From: Roseibacillus sp.
GTDB taxonomy: Bacteria > Verrucomicrobiota > Verrucomicrobiia > Verrucomicrobiales > Akkermansiaceae
DNA: 64,000 nt
Direction: 5' to 3'
Assembly: GCA_051251855.1 (NCBI GenBank)
Contig: JBPOGI010000003.1
Coordinates: 160,001 to 224,000 of the forward strand
This document shows, piece after piece, positions 48,273-58,774 of this stretch (position 1 is its first letter; each line of letters starts with the position of its first letter). Under the pieces are notes generated by a model that saw nothing but the letters and a program-made list of their open reading frames with translations, did no database searches and had not been told where the DNA came from. Both the position numbers and the translations under genes were made by a program.

Positions 48273-49346
48273 ATGGCTAAGAAATTATCGTTCGAATTTG
48301 AGGGGACAGAGGTCCTAGGTGGTGAGCGGGAGACGGTAACTCTTCCGATCGGTCGCTTTCTGACAGGTCAAGACTTTGGTCTTCCTGTGCATGTGATTCA
48401 GGGGAAGAGGGAAGGGCCTGTGCTTTTGCTGACGGGTGCTGTTCATGGTGACGAGCTCAATGGAATTGAGATTGTGCGTCGCATGATTGCAGGCAATTCC
48501 CTTCGTTCACTGCGGGGGACGGTGTTGGCAATTCCGGTGGTAAACATTCCTGCCTTTGGAGCGCGGTCTCGGTATTTGCCTGATCGGCGTGACTTGAATC
48601 GTCTCTTTCCTGGCGGTGAAGGTGGTTCAGTTGGTGGACGAATCGCTCGTGCTCTGACGGAGTCCGTGATTCCACGAGCAGACGTCGTGATTGACCTTCA
48701 CACGGGGGCTGTGAATCGACCGAACTTGCCACAGCTCAGGATTACGCGGGGCGATAAGCGTTCACAGGAGTTAGCCCAAGTTTTTGCGGCCCCGGCGACC
48801 TTACTCGCTGGCGAGAGGGAAGGGTCTTTTCGGACGGAATGTCGGAAGGCTGGGAAGCCTTGTCTCCTTTTTGAGGGTGGAGAAGCAATGAGGTTGGATG
48901 CGGGTTCAATTAAGTATGGGCTTCGTGGAGTGATGCGTGTGATGCGGGATTTGGGGATGCTGCCAAAGACAAAGGGGATGACTCAGGCGATTGAGACTGT
49001 CTTTTGTCCACGGAGTGGGTGGGAGCGTTCTCCTTCGGGTGGGCTTTTCACTCCTTTGATGGCGTTGGGCCGAGCGGTCCACGTAGGAGATGTGCTGGGA
49101 TTCGTAGCTGATGTCTCGGGAGGTCCCGAACAATCCGTTGTTGCGACAAGAAGTGGTATTTTGATTGGGCGAACCAATGAGGGGGTGGCGGATGAAGGTG
49201 ATGCTCTCTTTCATATTGCCGAGGCTGGAGATCCGGCGGGAGCGGAAGAGCAGATCACGGAGGGAGGAGAGGTCCTTCCAGACACTTGGCAGGAGGCAGA
49301 GGACGTTCCGGTTCCTTATGATCCAGTGAGTGACACGGTGGTGTGA
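48273..49346 (+). CDS. Succinylglutamate desuccinylase/aspartoacylase family protein (rimK-associated type)
   Basis: HGDELNG, RYLPDRRDLNR.FPG, IDLHTG and FEGGE motifs. Confidence 0.88.
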   Translation: MAKKLSFEFEGTEVLGGERETVTLPIGRFLTGQDFGLPVHVIQGKREGPVLLLTGAVHGDELNGIEIVRRMIAGNSLRSLRGTVLAIPVVNIPAFGARSRYLPDRRDLNRLFPGGEGGSVGGRIARALTESVIPRADVVIDLHTGAVNRPNLPQLRITRGDKRSQELAQVFAAPATLLAGEREGSFRTECRKAGKPCLLFEGGEAMRLDAGSIKYGLRGVMRVMRDLGMLPKTKGMTQAIETVFCPRSGWERSPSGGLFTPLMALGRAVHVGDVLGFVADVSGGPEQSVVATRSGILIGRTNEGVADEGDALFHIAEAGDPAGAEEQITEGGEVLPDTWQEAEDVPVPYDPVSDTVV

Positions 49347-49392
49347 TCGGTTGGCTTTTGTGGAATGACTTTCGGCCAAGAGCGCTGGACAT

Positions 49393-49427
49393 AAAAAAAC
49401 CGAGCCCGCAATGAGCGGAACTCGGTT
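49393..49427 (-). terminator. Rho-independent terminator, probably bidirectional
   Basis: AAAAAAACCGAGCCCGC-AATGA-GCGGAACTCGGTTT between convergent genes. Confidence 0.7.
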
Positions 49428-49446
49428 TGGTGAAATCTATCCGAGG

Positions 49447-50106
49447 CTACTTCTCCAGAAGTGCCTTCACTGCTTCTTGGGAGCTAGCGGAAAGTTTGGT
49501 GACCGGATAGGCGACAGTCTTCCCATCAGGCATCTGGAATGTGACGGTAGCGTCATCGGCTTTCACGATGGCTGCGGTGATGGTCTTGCCATCAGCATTG
49601 GTCCAAGCTTGTTTTTCGGCAAGGAGGGAGGTTTCTTCAGCTTCTTCCTCAGCGTTCTGAGAAGAGCCGACGACGTCCATTTCCTTAATTTCTTTCTTCA
49701 GATCGCGAGCAGCCTTTCGTGTGTCGGAAAGGTCCTTGTAGCTGAAGCCTTTTAATCCTTTGGAGAGGTCGGCGGTGGTGACCATGACCATGGGAATAGT
49801 GTTTCCCATATGAGTTTCGCGGCGAATCTCGGCAACGGGCTTAGGAGCGTTGCCAATTCCATCTTTCTTTGAGTCGATGAAGACGATGGGTCCTGTGGAC
49901 TTAAATGCTTTGAAGGCTTCCGAACTGGTAGCCAAACAAGGTCCTCATGTTGTGCCTGGATCGGTGTAGACGAAGATGATGGGTTCGCTTTTTTCGAGAG
50001 CCTCTGCCTTTGCTTCTTCGAGCTTGTCGAGAGTGTAAACGTGGCGCGGAATATCTAAGGCGAGCGCTGGAACAAATCCTAAAATGAGGAGGGCTAAGAC
50101 TTTCAT
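49447..50106 (-). CDS. Putative selenoprotein: secreted thioredoxin-fold protein (U-G-P-C) with C-terminal SHD1-like domain, 219 aa
   Basis: ATG 50106 gives MKVLALLILGFVPALA-LDIPRHVYTLDKLEEAKAEALEKSEPIIFVYTDPGTT-TGA-GPC, in frame with ORF 49447..49935; TIPMV cis-Pro-like motif; WTNADGKTITA...KLS..SQ tail. Confidence 0.8.
49906..49947 (-). promoter_or_regulatory. Candidate bacterial SECIS element
   Basis: UGA, then 18 nt, then an apical loop AGUUC (G at position 2) closed by GCU-A-CC / GG-A-AGC, with a lower stem UGUUUG / CAAAGCA. Folded by eye. Confidence 0.55.
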
Positions 50107-50235
50107 GACGATGCAACTCTATACAATCCTGGTGAGATGACGATCTGATTATCCCACGAAATATTGCCCCTCCAGAAACTTAGGATACGTTTAATACAAT
50201 TCTGGCACAAAAAGTGGTGAGGAAACAGTTATGCT

Positions 50236-50541
50236 ATGAAAACGACCATTAACTGTACAAAGCATCTAGACGAGAATCACACCAGCGTTTGGGAGTCTAC
50301 TCGTGACCTCATTGAGCGCAAACACAAGCATTTGCGCAATGTCCACCCTGATCTCTTTAAGGCCGAATTGCATCTTCGTGCATTTAGCCGGCAGACGGAA
50401 GTTCATCTCTTGGTCCATGATACTCGTCATCGTTTGATTGAATCTCATGCGAGTGGTGAGAACTTGGATAGGTGTATTGCGCTCGCTTTCAAGAGAGCAG
50501 AAGTGCAGTTGGCAAAGCCGAAGCATTTGCAGAATCACTAG
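50236..50541 (+). CDS. Small protein, HPF/RaiA-like fold
   Basis: Size and the pattern ..SHASGENLDRCI..AF.R.E.QL.K resemble ribosome hibernation factors; divergent. Confidence 0.45.
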   Translation: MKTTINCTKHLDENHTSVWESTRDLIERKHKHLRNVHPDLFKAELHLRAFSRQTEVHLLVHDTRHRLIESHASGENLDRCIALAFKRAEVQLAKPKHLQNH

Positions 50542-50758
50542 GGTGTGTTCGAAAAGGGGTAACAGCCCTGTCCGAATCTTTATTCAAAATGAAAAACCAC
50601 TACGTGACAGCTTTTTGCAAAGACCCTGCGGGCTGACGTTGGCTGAAATTCTGGACTTCGTTGTTCGTCAGTCGATGGTCCCAACCAACTCCTTCCTCGC
50701 GTCTTGCCAGAATTCCAGCCAACGCCAGCAGGACTATCACCCTTTTTCGAGCACACCC
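50541..50758. mobile_element. MITE-like element B
   Basis: TIRs GGGTGTGTTCGAAAAGGGGT / ACCCTTTTTCGAGCACACCC, with CTAG at both junctions (TA or CTAG duplication) and a long internal hairpin. Confidence 0.78.
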
Positions 50759-50885
50759 TAGTTCTTCTGACTCTTGCTAGGCGGTCTGCGACTTCCCCAT
50801 CAGGAATTCGGGGAAGGTAGGCGTTCACTCTTTCTATAGGGAAGAGATTCTCTGCAGCCCTCATTCAATTGAGGGATGGTGGGAG

Positions 50886-52259
50886 TTAGAGCCCGAGAAA
50901 GAGCTTGGCGGTAGTGAAATAAATTAGCATGCCGGATACGTCCACGATGGTTGTGATTGCGGGTGCTGCGATGACGGCGGGGTCGAGTTTGACGGCACGG
51001 GCGCCGATGGGAAGAAGGGCACCGATGAGGGTCGATGCAATGACCTGAATGGTCAAAGCGAGGGAGACGGCGAGAGTGAAGTGAGGAAGGCTGACGCCGG
51101 TGATGGCGTCGGGGAGGAGGAGAGGGAGGAGAACGAGACAGGTGATGGCAAGAGCCGCACCGAGGATGAGCCCTTGAAAGATGCCGAGGCGGAGTTCCTT
51201 CCAAGCGACTTGTAGGGAGTCCTTGGACTCCAATTCCCCGAGAGACATGGCTCGGATGACCATGGTGGAGGCTTGGCCACCCGTGTTGCCGCCGGTGGCG
51301 ATGACCATGGGGAGAAAGAGGGCGAGGAGGAAGACGGAGTCGAGAACGGGTTCGAACTGAATCATCACGTAGCCAGAAGCGATGGCGAGAAAGCCCAACC
51401 CAAGCAGCCAGCCGACGCGGCGTTTGAGGTGAATGGCAATACGGGTACGAAGGTAGCTCTCTTCGGATTGCTCGCCGGCGATACCGGCCTGCTTCTCCAT
51501 ATCTTCGGTGGACTCTTCTTCGATAATTTCCATCGCGTCGTCGTACGTGATGGCTCCGAGGAGACGGTTGCTTTCATCGACAACGGGGAGGGCGAGGAGA
51601 TCGTATTTGCGAACCATGGTGGCTGCTTCTTCTTGATCGGCGCTGGCTAGGATGGTCTCGTTGACTTCGAACATGATATCGCGCACCGGTGTTCCCCATG
51701 AGGAGAAGGCAAGGTCACGCAAGCGGATGAACCCAATGGGACGTTCGCGTTCATCGGTGACGAAGATTCGAGAGAGGGTTTCGGCGGAGTCTTGTAGGAC
51801 TTTGAGTTCTTCGAGAGCCTGTTTGACAGTGAGGTGGGCGGGGACGCGGCCGATGCTGGTGGTCATCCAACCGCCAGCAGTTTCTTCGTCGTAGTTGAGA
51901 AGGGCTCGGGTGAGTTCTTCCTCTTCGGAGGAAAGAAGATCGAGCAGGCGCGTGCGCGTCTCCTCGGAGACGTCTTGGAGAATGTCGACGCGGTCGTCGT
52001 CGGTGAGGGCATTGAGGAGCTCGCGCTGTTGGGCGGGCTTGTAGTGGCTGATGGCTTCCTCGCGGAGAGAGTCTGGGAGTTCAGCTAAGACGTCGGCAAA
52101 GGTGGTGGGGGAGAGGGTGTGGACGATGAAGTCGCGCTCTTCGTCTTCTTCGAGGTCGGCATAGAAGTTCGCGAGGTCGGCATAATGAAGTTCTTCAGCA
52201 AGGGCGAGAATCGCAGAGCCGTCACGAGACTTGAGAGCGGGAGCGAGACGGTTGGGCAC
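50886..52259 (-). CDS. mgtE: Magnesium transporter
   Basis: TAGG.MT, CBS pair, YDL.ALPVVD, GGNTG.Q and DPA...P.ITTI.D motifs. Confidence 0.93.
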   Translation of the reverse strand: MPNRLAPALKSRDGSAILALAEELHYADLANFYADLEEDEERDFIVHTLSPTTFADVLAELPDSLREEAISHYKPAQQRELLNALTDDDRVDILQDVSEETRTRLLDLLSSEEEELTRALLNYDEETAGGWMTTSIGRVPAHLTVKQALEELKVLQDSAETLSRIFVTDERERPIGFIRLRDLAFSSWGTPVRDIMFEVNETILASADQEEAATMVRKYDLLALPVVDESNRLLGAITYDDAMEIIEEESTEDMEKQAGIAGEQSEESYLRTRIAIHLKRRVGWLLGLGFLAIASGYVMIQFEPVLDSVFLLALFLPMVIATGGNTGGQASTMVIRAMSLGELESKDSLQVAWKELRLGIFQGLILGAALAITCLVLLPLLLPDAITGVSLPHFTLAVSLALTIQVIASTLIGALLPIGARAVKLDPAVIAAPAITTIVDVSGMLIYFTTAKLFLGL

Positions 52260-52324
52260 GGGGAGAGAAAAGCACGTGGAGTGCCGACAAGCAAGAGTGA
52301 GCGCTGGCTTCTGAGCCGAACTTG

Positions 52325-53095
52325 TTAGTCTTTTTTCCAGACTCGGGGAACGACCTGTTCGTCCGTAAAATCGGGAAGGTTGTGGTTTCTGCCAACTACT
52401 CGTTCGTTGAGGTGAGAGAATTTTCCATAGGGTTGGTAGCGCAGGTCATCGATGGCGTAATGTAAGGCGATGGCGCGTCGAGGGGCGTTGCCAAGATTAG
52501 GAGGGTTGCCGTGGACTGTGTGCCAGCAAAAGAGGGCCGCGTCGCCAGGCTGAACGGGGGCGGGAAGGATGTCGGCGGGGTCGGGTTGCCAGCCATCGGG
52601 GAGCTCGAGCCACTTTCGCTGCGAAGTACTGTTGGCCATGGTGATGGGGCCCATGGCGGGAGTGATGTGGGCAAGGGGGACCCAGGCGGTGAGCATGAGG
52701 TTCGCCTGGCAGGTTTTCCAACGGCTGCGCTCGGTGTGCCAGTGATAGTCGAGAGTTTGAGGTCTGCGAGAGGGTTCTTCCCAAAGGAGTTGGTCGAACC
52801 AGAGACGGAGTGATTGTGCGCCGGTGGCTTGGGCAATCTTTTCGAGCAGCTGAGGTGAGTGTGCGAGGGCGGCGAGCTCGCTGCGAAAGTGGGTGGAGTA
52901 AGGCGTCTTCCACGAGCGGCATTTACGAGCGCGTGGTGCTTGCCAGTCGAAGGTAGGTTCGCGGTTGGTTCTCCCTGCCATCAGCTCTTCTTGGCCGTGG
53001 CGGGCGGCGGTCAACTCCTGTTCGGTAAAGACCTGCGGGAGAAACTGAAATCCATTTGCCAGAAGGGGGCTGGGTTGGGGGACGACAAGAGGCAC
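52325..53095 (-). CDS. Phytanoyl-CoA dioxygenase (PhyH) family Fe(II)/2-oxoglutarate oxygenase
   Basis: DQL, WHTE, LTAWVPL......G and GD..F...T.HG..PN....RR motifs. Confidence 0.8.
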   Translation of the reverse strand: MPLVVPQPSPLLANGFQFLPQVFTEQELTAARHGQEELMAGRTNREPTFDWQAPRARKCRSWKTPYSTHFRSELAALAHSPQLLEKIAQATGAQSLRLWFDQLLWEEPSRRPQTLDYHWHTERSRWKTCQANLMLTAWVPLAHITPAMGPITMANSTSQRKWLELPDGWQPDPADILPAPVQPGDAALFCWHTVHGNPPNLGNAPRRAIALHYAIDDLRYQPYGKFSHLNERVVGRNHNLPDFTDEQVVPRVWKKD

Positions 53096-53275
53096 GGGAC
53101 GGGGCTTTTAAGAGCTGGCCCTGATTCCTGCAAGCCGGAACGTTGAGGTGGGAAGAGCTTGCTAGCGGGCGCAAGCCGTTTGTGATGATAGTTTGTTTGC
53201 TCCGAGGACTGAAGTCGTCACTCCTTTTGGGGGAGAAGTCTTGTATCTTGGTGGCGAACTCGAAAGGCTTGAGCC

Positions 53276-54982
53276 ATGACGACTCTGCTTCGAATTTTTG
53301 GCAACATTGGACGTTATCCTTCGATGGCGCTTGGGGTCTTGGCTTTGGCGGTGGGGAGTACTTTGTTGGTGCTGGTGCCACCACTGATGACGAAGCGGTT
53401 TCTAGATGTTATTATTGAGGAACAGCGATCGGATTTGATTTGGACGACGGCTGGGCTGGCGGTGGGTGCGATTGCGCTGCGGCAGGTGATGGTGATGGGG
53501 CGGACGGTGCTCAATATGGCTTTCGAGCAGCGAGTGGTACATGATTTACGGCGAGAGCTGTTTGATAAGATTCAGCGAATGCCGCTGCGGTTTTTTGATA
53601 GAAGAACTAGTGGCGATATTATGAGTCGAGTGGGATCGGATGTGCCGGCGATGGAGCGGGTCATTATCCAGGGGATTGACCAAGGATTGAGTGGCGTGAT
53701 TCAGATAGGAGTGATTCTTGCTTTCATGCTTTATCAGCATGTCGGGTTGACGCTGGTGACTTTGGCACCGATGCCGTTGGTGGCTTTGATTACTTGGTTG
53801 TATTCTAAGTTTGGGGCTCCTCGTTATACGCGGGTGGCGGAGGCTTCGGCTGATTTAAATGCGTCCTTGCATGATAGTTTGGCAGGGATTCGGCAGATTA
53901 AGGCGTATACCGTGGAGCCGGAGAAGTTGTTAGAGTTTTCGGAAAAGAGCGATGAAGTGAGAGCGGCCGAGATGCATGTGGTGCGAGCCAATGCGGTGAC
54001 TTGGCCATCGGTGAGCTTAGTGGCGGAGTCAGGCATCGTGATTATGCTGGCGATGGGTTCGTATTGGTTGCTTACGGATGGTTCCGTGACGATTGGCGTG
54101 ATCGGAGCCTTTCTTTTTGCGTGGGGTTATTTGTTTGAACCGATTTCGCGATTGAGCCAGTTGGGCAAGACCTTTACGAGCGGCTTGGTGTCGGGGCGTC
54201 GGGTGTATGAGGTGTTGGATGATGCGGAGGAGACGAATTTGGAGGAGGGTAGAGAACCGGAGAGCCTCAAAGGGGACGTTGTTTTTGAGGAGGTTAATTT
54301 TGGTTACGAAAAGGGTGAGCCAATCGTGAAGGGTGTGAACCTATCGGTGAAGAAGGGTCAAACGGTAGCTTTTGTGGGTCCGACGGGCTCAGGGAAGTCG
54401 ACGTTGCTGAATTTGTTGACGGGATTCTATCACCCAGAGAGTGGATTGATTCGGGTGGATGGGGTGCCGATTCGTGAGCTTTCTAAGAAGTGGTTGCGTG
54501 CGCGGATGGGGTTTGTGACTCAGGAGAGTTTCCTCTTTAACACCACGTTGAGGCAGAATCTTTTGGTGGCGAAGCAAGGCGCGACGGATGAGGAAATTTG
54601 GAGTGCTCTCGAAGCAGCGAATGCGGCGGAGTTTGTGAAGGAGATGCCTGAAGGGCTGGATACGGTGACGGGGGAGCGGGGTGCGAAGTTGAGCGGAGGT
54701 CAGAGGCAACGAATTTCGATTGCACGTGCTCTTTTGAAGAATCCGCCGATCCTTTTGTTAGATGAGGCGACGAGTGCGGTGGATAATGAGACTGAGCGAT
54801 TGATTCAAGAAGCGCTGGGACGCTTGCGAGATGACCGCACGAGCTTTGTGATCGCGCATCGGCTGAGTACGATTCAGGATGCGGATATCATCTGTGTCTT
54901 GGTGGACGGCAAGATTGTCGAGCAGGGAAAGCATGAGGAATTGATTGCTCGAGGTGGGGTTTACGCTGACTTACAGGGGTGA
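53276..54982 (+). CDS. ABC exporter, fused permease and ATPase
   Basis: TM domain; GPTGSGKST, LSGGQRQR, LLDEATSAVD and IAHRLST motifs. Confidence 0.93.
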   Translation: MTTLLRIFGNIGRYPSMALGVLALAVGSTLLVLVPPLMTKRFLDVIIEEQRSDLIWTTAGLAVGAIALRQVMVMGRTVLNMAFEQRVVHDLRRELFDKIQRMPLRFFDRRTSGDIMSRVGSDVPAMERVIIQGIDQGLSGVIQIGVILAFMLYQHVGLTLVTLAPMPLVALITWLYSKFGAPRYTRVAEASADLNASLHDSLAGIRQIKAYTVEPEKLLEFSEKSDEVRAAEMHVVRANAVTWPSVSLVAESGIVIMLAMGSYWLLTDGSVTIGVIGAFLFAWGYLFEPISRLSQLGKTFTSGLVSGRRVYEVLDDAEETNLEEGREPESLKGDVVFEEVNFGYEKGEPIVKGVNLSVKKGQTVAFVGPTGSGKSTLLNLLTGFYHPESGLIRVDGVPIRELSKKWLRARMGFVTQESFLFNTTLRQNLLVAKQGATDEEIWSALEAANAAEFVKEMPEGLDTVTGERGAKLSGGQRQRISIARALLKNPPILLLDEATSAVDNETERLIQEALGRLRDDRTSFVIAHRLSTIQDADIICVLVDGKIVEQGKHEELIARGGVYADLQG

Positions 54983-54984
54983 TG

Positions 54985-55195
54985 TTTGGGTGTGCGGCAG
55001 CTTGCTGCCGCTATGGGGGAATGTGCGAGTGTTCACAGGCTGACTTGGGATGAGTAGGCTTGCTTGCTCGACGGCTGATTGCTGCGAATCAGGATTGGAG
55101 GACCTTGATAGGTTGGTGCAGCAAGCTGCCCTTTTCGATAGGGGAGGAAGTTGTGCGGACCTCAATGAGAGCGGTGCTGCGCACCGCACCCCAAA
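54985..55195. repeat. Degenerate REP-like inverted pair between convergent genes
   Basis: TTTGGGTGTGCGGCAGCTTGCTGCCGCT ... AGCGGTGCTGCGCACCGCACCCCAAA. Confidence 0.6.
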
Positions 55196-55196
55196 T

Positions 55197-56261
55197 CTAG
55201 CCTCTGCGTTTTTGGACGGCAGTGGCGAGGTCAGCGAGGACTTCTTCGGTGGTCTCCCAGCTAATGCAGGCGTCGGTGACAGACTGCCCGTGGGTGAGCT
55301 TGTTGAGGTCGCCGTCGCCGAGGCTTTGGTTGCCTTCGATGAGGTTGGACTCGATCATGACTGAGCTGATGGCTTTGGAACCACCCGCAATTTGCTTGGC
55401 GATGTCTTTGACGACGAGAGGTTGGTTGCGGAAGTCCTTGCGTGAGTTTCCGTGTGAGCAGTCGATCATGACATTCGGTGGCAGGCTCTGCTCGTTGAGG
55501 CAGGTCACCACTTCAGCGACGCTCTTTTGGTCGTAGTTGGGTCCATTCGATCCACCACGGAGAATAATGTGGCAAGAGTCGTTGCCGGTCGTGGAGACGA
55601 TGGCGGAGACGCCTTGTTTAGTGACGGAAAGAAAATGGTGTGAACCGGCGGAAGCGCCAATGGCGTCGAGCGCGAGCTGGACTGATCCACCGGTGCCGTT
55701 CTTGAAGCCGACGGGCATGGAAAGTCCAGAGGCAAGTTCTCGGTGAATCTGGCTTTCGGTGGTGCGTGCACCAATCGCACCCCAAGCGATGAGGTCGGCG
55801 ATGTATTGGGGGGAAATGGTGTCGAGGAACTCGGTCCCGGCGGGGACTCCCATTTCGGCGAGTTCGAGGAGAAGGCCGCGGGCGACGCGGAGTCCGCGAT
55901 TGATGTCGAAGGAGCCGTCGAGATGAGGGTCGTTGATGAGGCCTTTCCAGCCGACAGTAGTGCGGGGCTTTTCGAAGTAGACCCGCATCATGATCTGCAA
56001 GTCGTCAGAATACTTGTCGATGAGCGGCTTGAGCTTTTTGCCGTATTCGAGGGCGGCCTCGGGATGGTGGATGGAACAGGGGCCAATCACCACGAGAAGT
56101 CGATCATCTTTGCCGTGAAGAATTTCAGTAGCCTGCTTGCGAGCGCCGGAGACCAAATGGGCTGCAGTCTCGGTGATGGGCAGGTAGTAGTTAAGGACGG
56201 CAGGCGAGATCAGAGGATTGATGGCCTTGATCCGCAGGTCGTCGGTAGAAGGGGTGCTCAT
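55197..56261 (-). CDS. aroG: DAHP synthase, class I-alpha
   Basis: GPCSIH, RVYFEKPRTTVGWKG, IGARTTESQ.HR, DCSHGNS and TDACI motifs. Paralog identity (aroG/F/H) uncertain. Confidence 0.9.
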   Translation of the reverse strand: MSTPSTDDLRIKAINPLISPAVLNYYLPITETAAHLVSGARKQATEILHGKDDRLLVVIGPCSIHHPEAALEYGKKLKPLIDKYSDDLQIMMRVYFEKPRTTVGWKGLINDPHLDGSFDINRGLRVARGLLLELAEMGVPAGTEFLDTISPQYIADLIAWGAIGARTTESQIHRELASGLSMPVGFKNGTGGSVQLALDAIGASAGSHHFLSVTKQGVSAIVSTTGNDSCHIILRGGSNGPNYDQKSVAEVVTCLNEQSLPPNVMIDCSHGNSRKDFRNQPLVVKDIAKQIAGGSKAISSVMIESNLIEGNQSLGDGDLNKLTHGQSVTDACISWETTEEVLADLATAVQKRRG

Positions 56262-56324
56262 GTTTTTGAGAGTCCGGAAGCTGAAGTCGAGAATCCAGAC
56301 TTTTTGCTTTCGAATGGGAAGAAC

Positions 56325-56702
56325 TTAGAAAGGAGGCTCGTCGTCGCTGGCGTCGGCAGGGTCGGGCTCGTTGTCGAAGGCTGCTTCGAGAGAGGAGAGG
56401 GCCTTGTTGGTGGCGGGGTTGGGGTCGCCTCCGTCGCCTTTGAGAATTTTCCATGCGTGGAGGTTCACATAGTGGCGGCCTTTGTGCTCGGAACCACGAA
56501 TGTTGAAGTGAACTTGCACTTCGTCGCCTTTGGAGAGGTTGTCGAGGAGGCTGGTTTTATCCTTAATACACTCGAACTTGATTTCCTGTGGGAACTTACC
56601 GTCCATAGATTCGAGGACGAATTCACGCTTGGAGAAGCCGCTCGGGAAGGACTGGAGGTCGAGAATAGAATGGATTTTGCCTTGGATTTCGAAAGCAGAC
56701 AT
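56325..56702 (-). CDS. DUF3127-like OB-fold protein with SSB-like acidic tail
   Basis: F.KREFV, PQ.I.FE, V.V.F.I.G.E..GR....L.AW and C-terminal DDEPPF. Confidence 0.8.
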   Translation of the reverse strand: MSAFEIQGKIHSILDLQSFPSGFSKREFVLESMDGKFPQEIKFECIKDKTSLLDNLSKGDEVQVHFNIRGSEHKGRHYVNLHAWKILKGDGGDPNPATNKALSSLEAAFDNEPDPADASDDEPPF

Positions 56703-56857
56703 GGGGGAAAGACTTAGGATGAACGTGAGAAGAGTCAAGGATGCTTGGGAATAAATATGGGGACCGGAGGAGTTGCCGCAACGAAGGCCTGAGCTGGAGG
56801 GCCGATCTTTACTGCCTCCCAATGTTTTAGCAGGCGACAATATAGGTCGCCTCTTCA

Positions 56858-58774
56858 TTACTGAGCCAAGTAACGGAAGTCGCCGTCGCGACGGGTGAGG
56901 CCGTTGGAATCGAGGCGTTCTAGGAGGGGCATGGTGATGCGTCGGGAAGTGCCGAGGAGTTGGCGAAGGTCGGAAGCTGTCGCGGATTTATACTCGGTGA
57001 GGTGCTCTTCGATTTTGTCGGAGGCCAGATCGAAGGAGGCGAGGTCGAGGACGGTTTTTTCGTCGAGAGAAATGACTTGGCCTACGCGGATGAGAAAGGC
57101 GAGGGCGCGTTGGGCAGCGGGGGTGGGGGCGAGTTCTTTCTTGTTGGGAGCGTTGAGTTGTTCGGCGGCGAGGGTTTTGAGAATGGCGTCGGCTTCTTTT
57201 TTGAGCTCGGGGGGGATGTCGGTTTGGTGAGAGAGGGCTTTGAGGTATTCGCCTTCGGCCTGAATGTCTTTCTCGCGGAGAGACTCTAAGAGAGAGTCGA
57301 AGAGGTCGTGGTGAGCGAACTCGCGGGCGAAGCTATTGCGAAGAGATTGGAGCTGGATGCCGGGGAGGTCGGGGTTGGTTCGGTGGTATTCGGCGACGGC
57401 TTCGGTGGCGCGATTGAGAATGTCGGCCCACCAATCGGCGTCGATATGGCCTTGCGCGAGGCGGGCGATTTTCTTTTGAGAAGCGAGTTCTTTAAGGGCG
57501 TTTTTGAAAGACCGGTTAGAGAAGGGAAAGTCCTGGGGGGCAGGTTTTTCGGGGAGGTAGCGGTGCTTGTGGACGAGGTAGGTGAGGAGTGCGTCGGGGG
57601 ATTCCTTTTTGGAAAGTTCACGCAATTGGAGTTGATGATCTTCTTTGCCAAGTTGACGACGAGAGCCGTGTGCATCGAGGACGCGGGCACCGGCAAGGGT
57701 GGCTTCGCCTGACCAATCGCGGATGACAATGCGGTCGTTGGCGAAGACGAAGAGGGTATCGTCGAGCCGGATTTGGGCGAGGCCGCTCTGACCGGGGAGG
57801 AGTTCGCCATCTAACAAACGCACGCGACCGTTGACGCGTCCGGAGCCGTAGTGGAGGCGAATTTTTTGGTTGTTCTTCATGGGGCGCTCGCTGCCTTGTT
57901 GGCCGGGGATGGGACGTGGAAGGCGATCGAGAAGGACGTCGATGGTATTGGAGGGAGTTCCGGCTTCGGGGAGGGTGATGATTTGGCCGCGCTTTACGCC
58001 GCGTTCTTTGCGGGAATCGAGAGCGACGTCGGGAATGTTGACGGCGGTGCGCATCCCGGGTCGGGCGGTCTCGATGCTTTGGCTATGATTCTGGATGGCA
58101 CGCACGTGGGCGGGGAGACCTTGGGGTTGCAGGATGACTTTGTCGCCGGTGGCCAGAGACCCGCGGGAAAGGGTGCCGGTGATGATGGTGCCCATTCCTT
58201 TGACGGTGAAGGCGCGGTCAACAGGCAGGCAGGGGACGGCGAGGTCTTCGGAGGGGGTGGTTTCGGCGAGGGCTTGTGCAATGGCTGTGCGGAGTTCATC
58301 AAGGCCTTCGCCGGTGTGGGAGGAGACGGGGAGGATAGGGCTTTCTTCGAAGGGGCTGCCAGCAAGGGAGTCGCGCACGAATTCGAGCGAAAACTCGGGG
58401 TCTTCGACGATATCGATTTTGGTCATGGCCACGATGGCGCGCTTCATGCCGAGGTAGGAGAGGATGTGAAGGTGTTCCTCGGACTGGGGCATCCAGCCGT
58501 CGTCAGCGGCGACAACAATGAGGGCAAGGTCGAGGGCCCCAACGCCAGCGACCATGTTATTGACGAAGTCGGCATGGCCGGGGACGTCTACGACGCCAAC
58601 TTGAAGGTCTTGACCATCGGGGCCGTTAAGGGAGAGATGGGCAAAGCCGAGCTCGATGGTAACTCCACGCTTTTTCTCCTCGGGGAGGCGGTCGGGGTTG
58701 GTGCCGGTGAGCGCTTGGACAAGGGAGGATTTCCCGTGGTCGATGTGGCCGGCGGTTCCGAGGATGAAATTCAT
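56858..58774 (-). CDS. selB: Selenocysteine-specific translation elongation factor
   Basis: [24 protein letters not shown] and DVPGH..F..NM.AG motifs; C-terminal winged helix ...SRR...PLLE.LD..G.T.R.GD.R. Confidence 0.93.
   Translation of the reverse strand: MNFILGTAGHIDHGKSSLVQALTGTNPDRLPEEKKRGVTIELGFAHLSLNGPDGQDLQVGVVDVPGHADFVNNMVAGVGALDLALIVVAADDGWMPQSEEHLHILSYLGMKRAIVAMTKIDIVEDPEFSLEFVRDSLAGSPFEESPILPVSSHTGEGLDELRTAIAQALAETTPSEDLAVPCLPVDRAFTVKGMGTIITGTLSRGSLATGDKVILQPQGLPAHVRAIQNHSQSIETARPGMRTAVNIPDVALDSRKERGVKRGQIITLPEAGTPSNTIDVLLDRLPRPIPGQQGSERPMKNNQKIRLHYGSGRVNGRVRLLDGELLPGQSGLAQIRLDDTLFVFANDRIVIRDWSGEATLAGARVLDAHGSRRQLGKEDHQLQLRELSKKESPDALLTYLVHKHRYLPEKPAPQDFPFSNRSFKNALKELASQKKIARLAQGHIDADWWADILNRATEAVAEYHRTNPDLPGIQLQSLRNSFAREFAHHDLFDSLLESLREKDIQAEGEYLKALSHQTDIPPELKKEADAILKTLAAEQLNAPNKKELAPTPAAQRALAFLIRVGQVISLDEKTVLDLASFDLASDKIEEHLTEYKSATASDLRQLLGTSRRITMPLLERLDSNGLTRRDGDFRYLAQ

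Noticed and set aside
56720..56857. tRNA-Sec (selC) or another ncRNA next to selB
   Set aside because: No T-loop GTTCRA or UCA anticodon arm was found, only weak hairpins.
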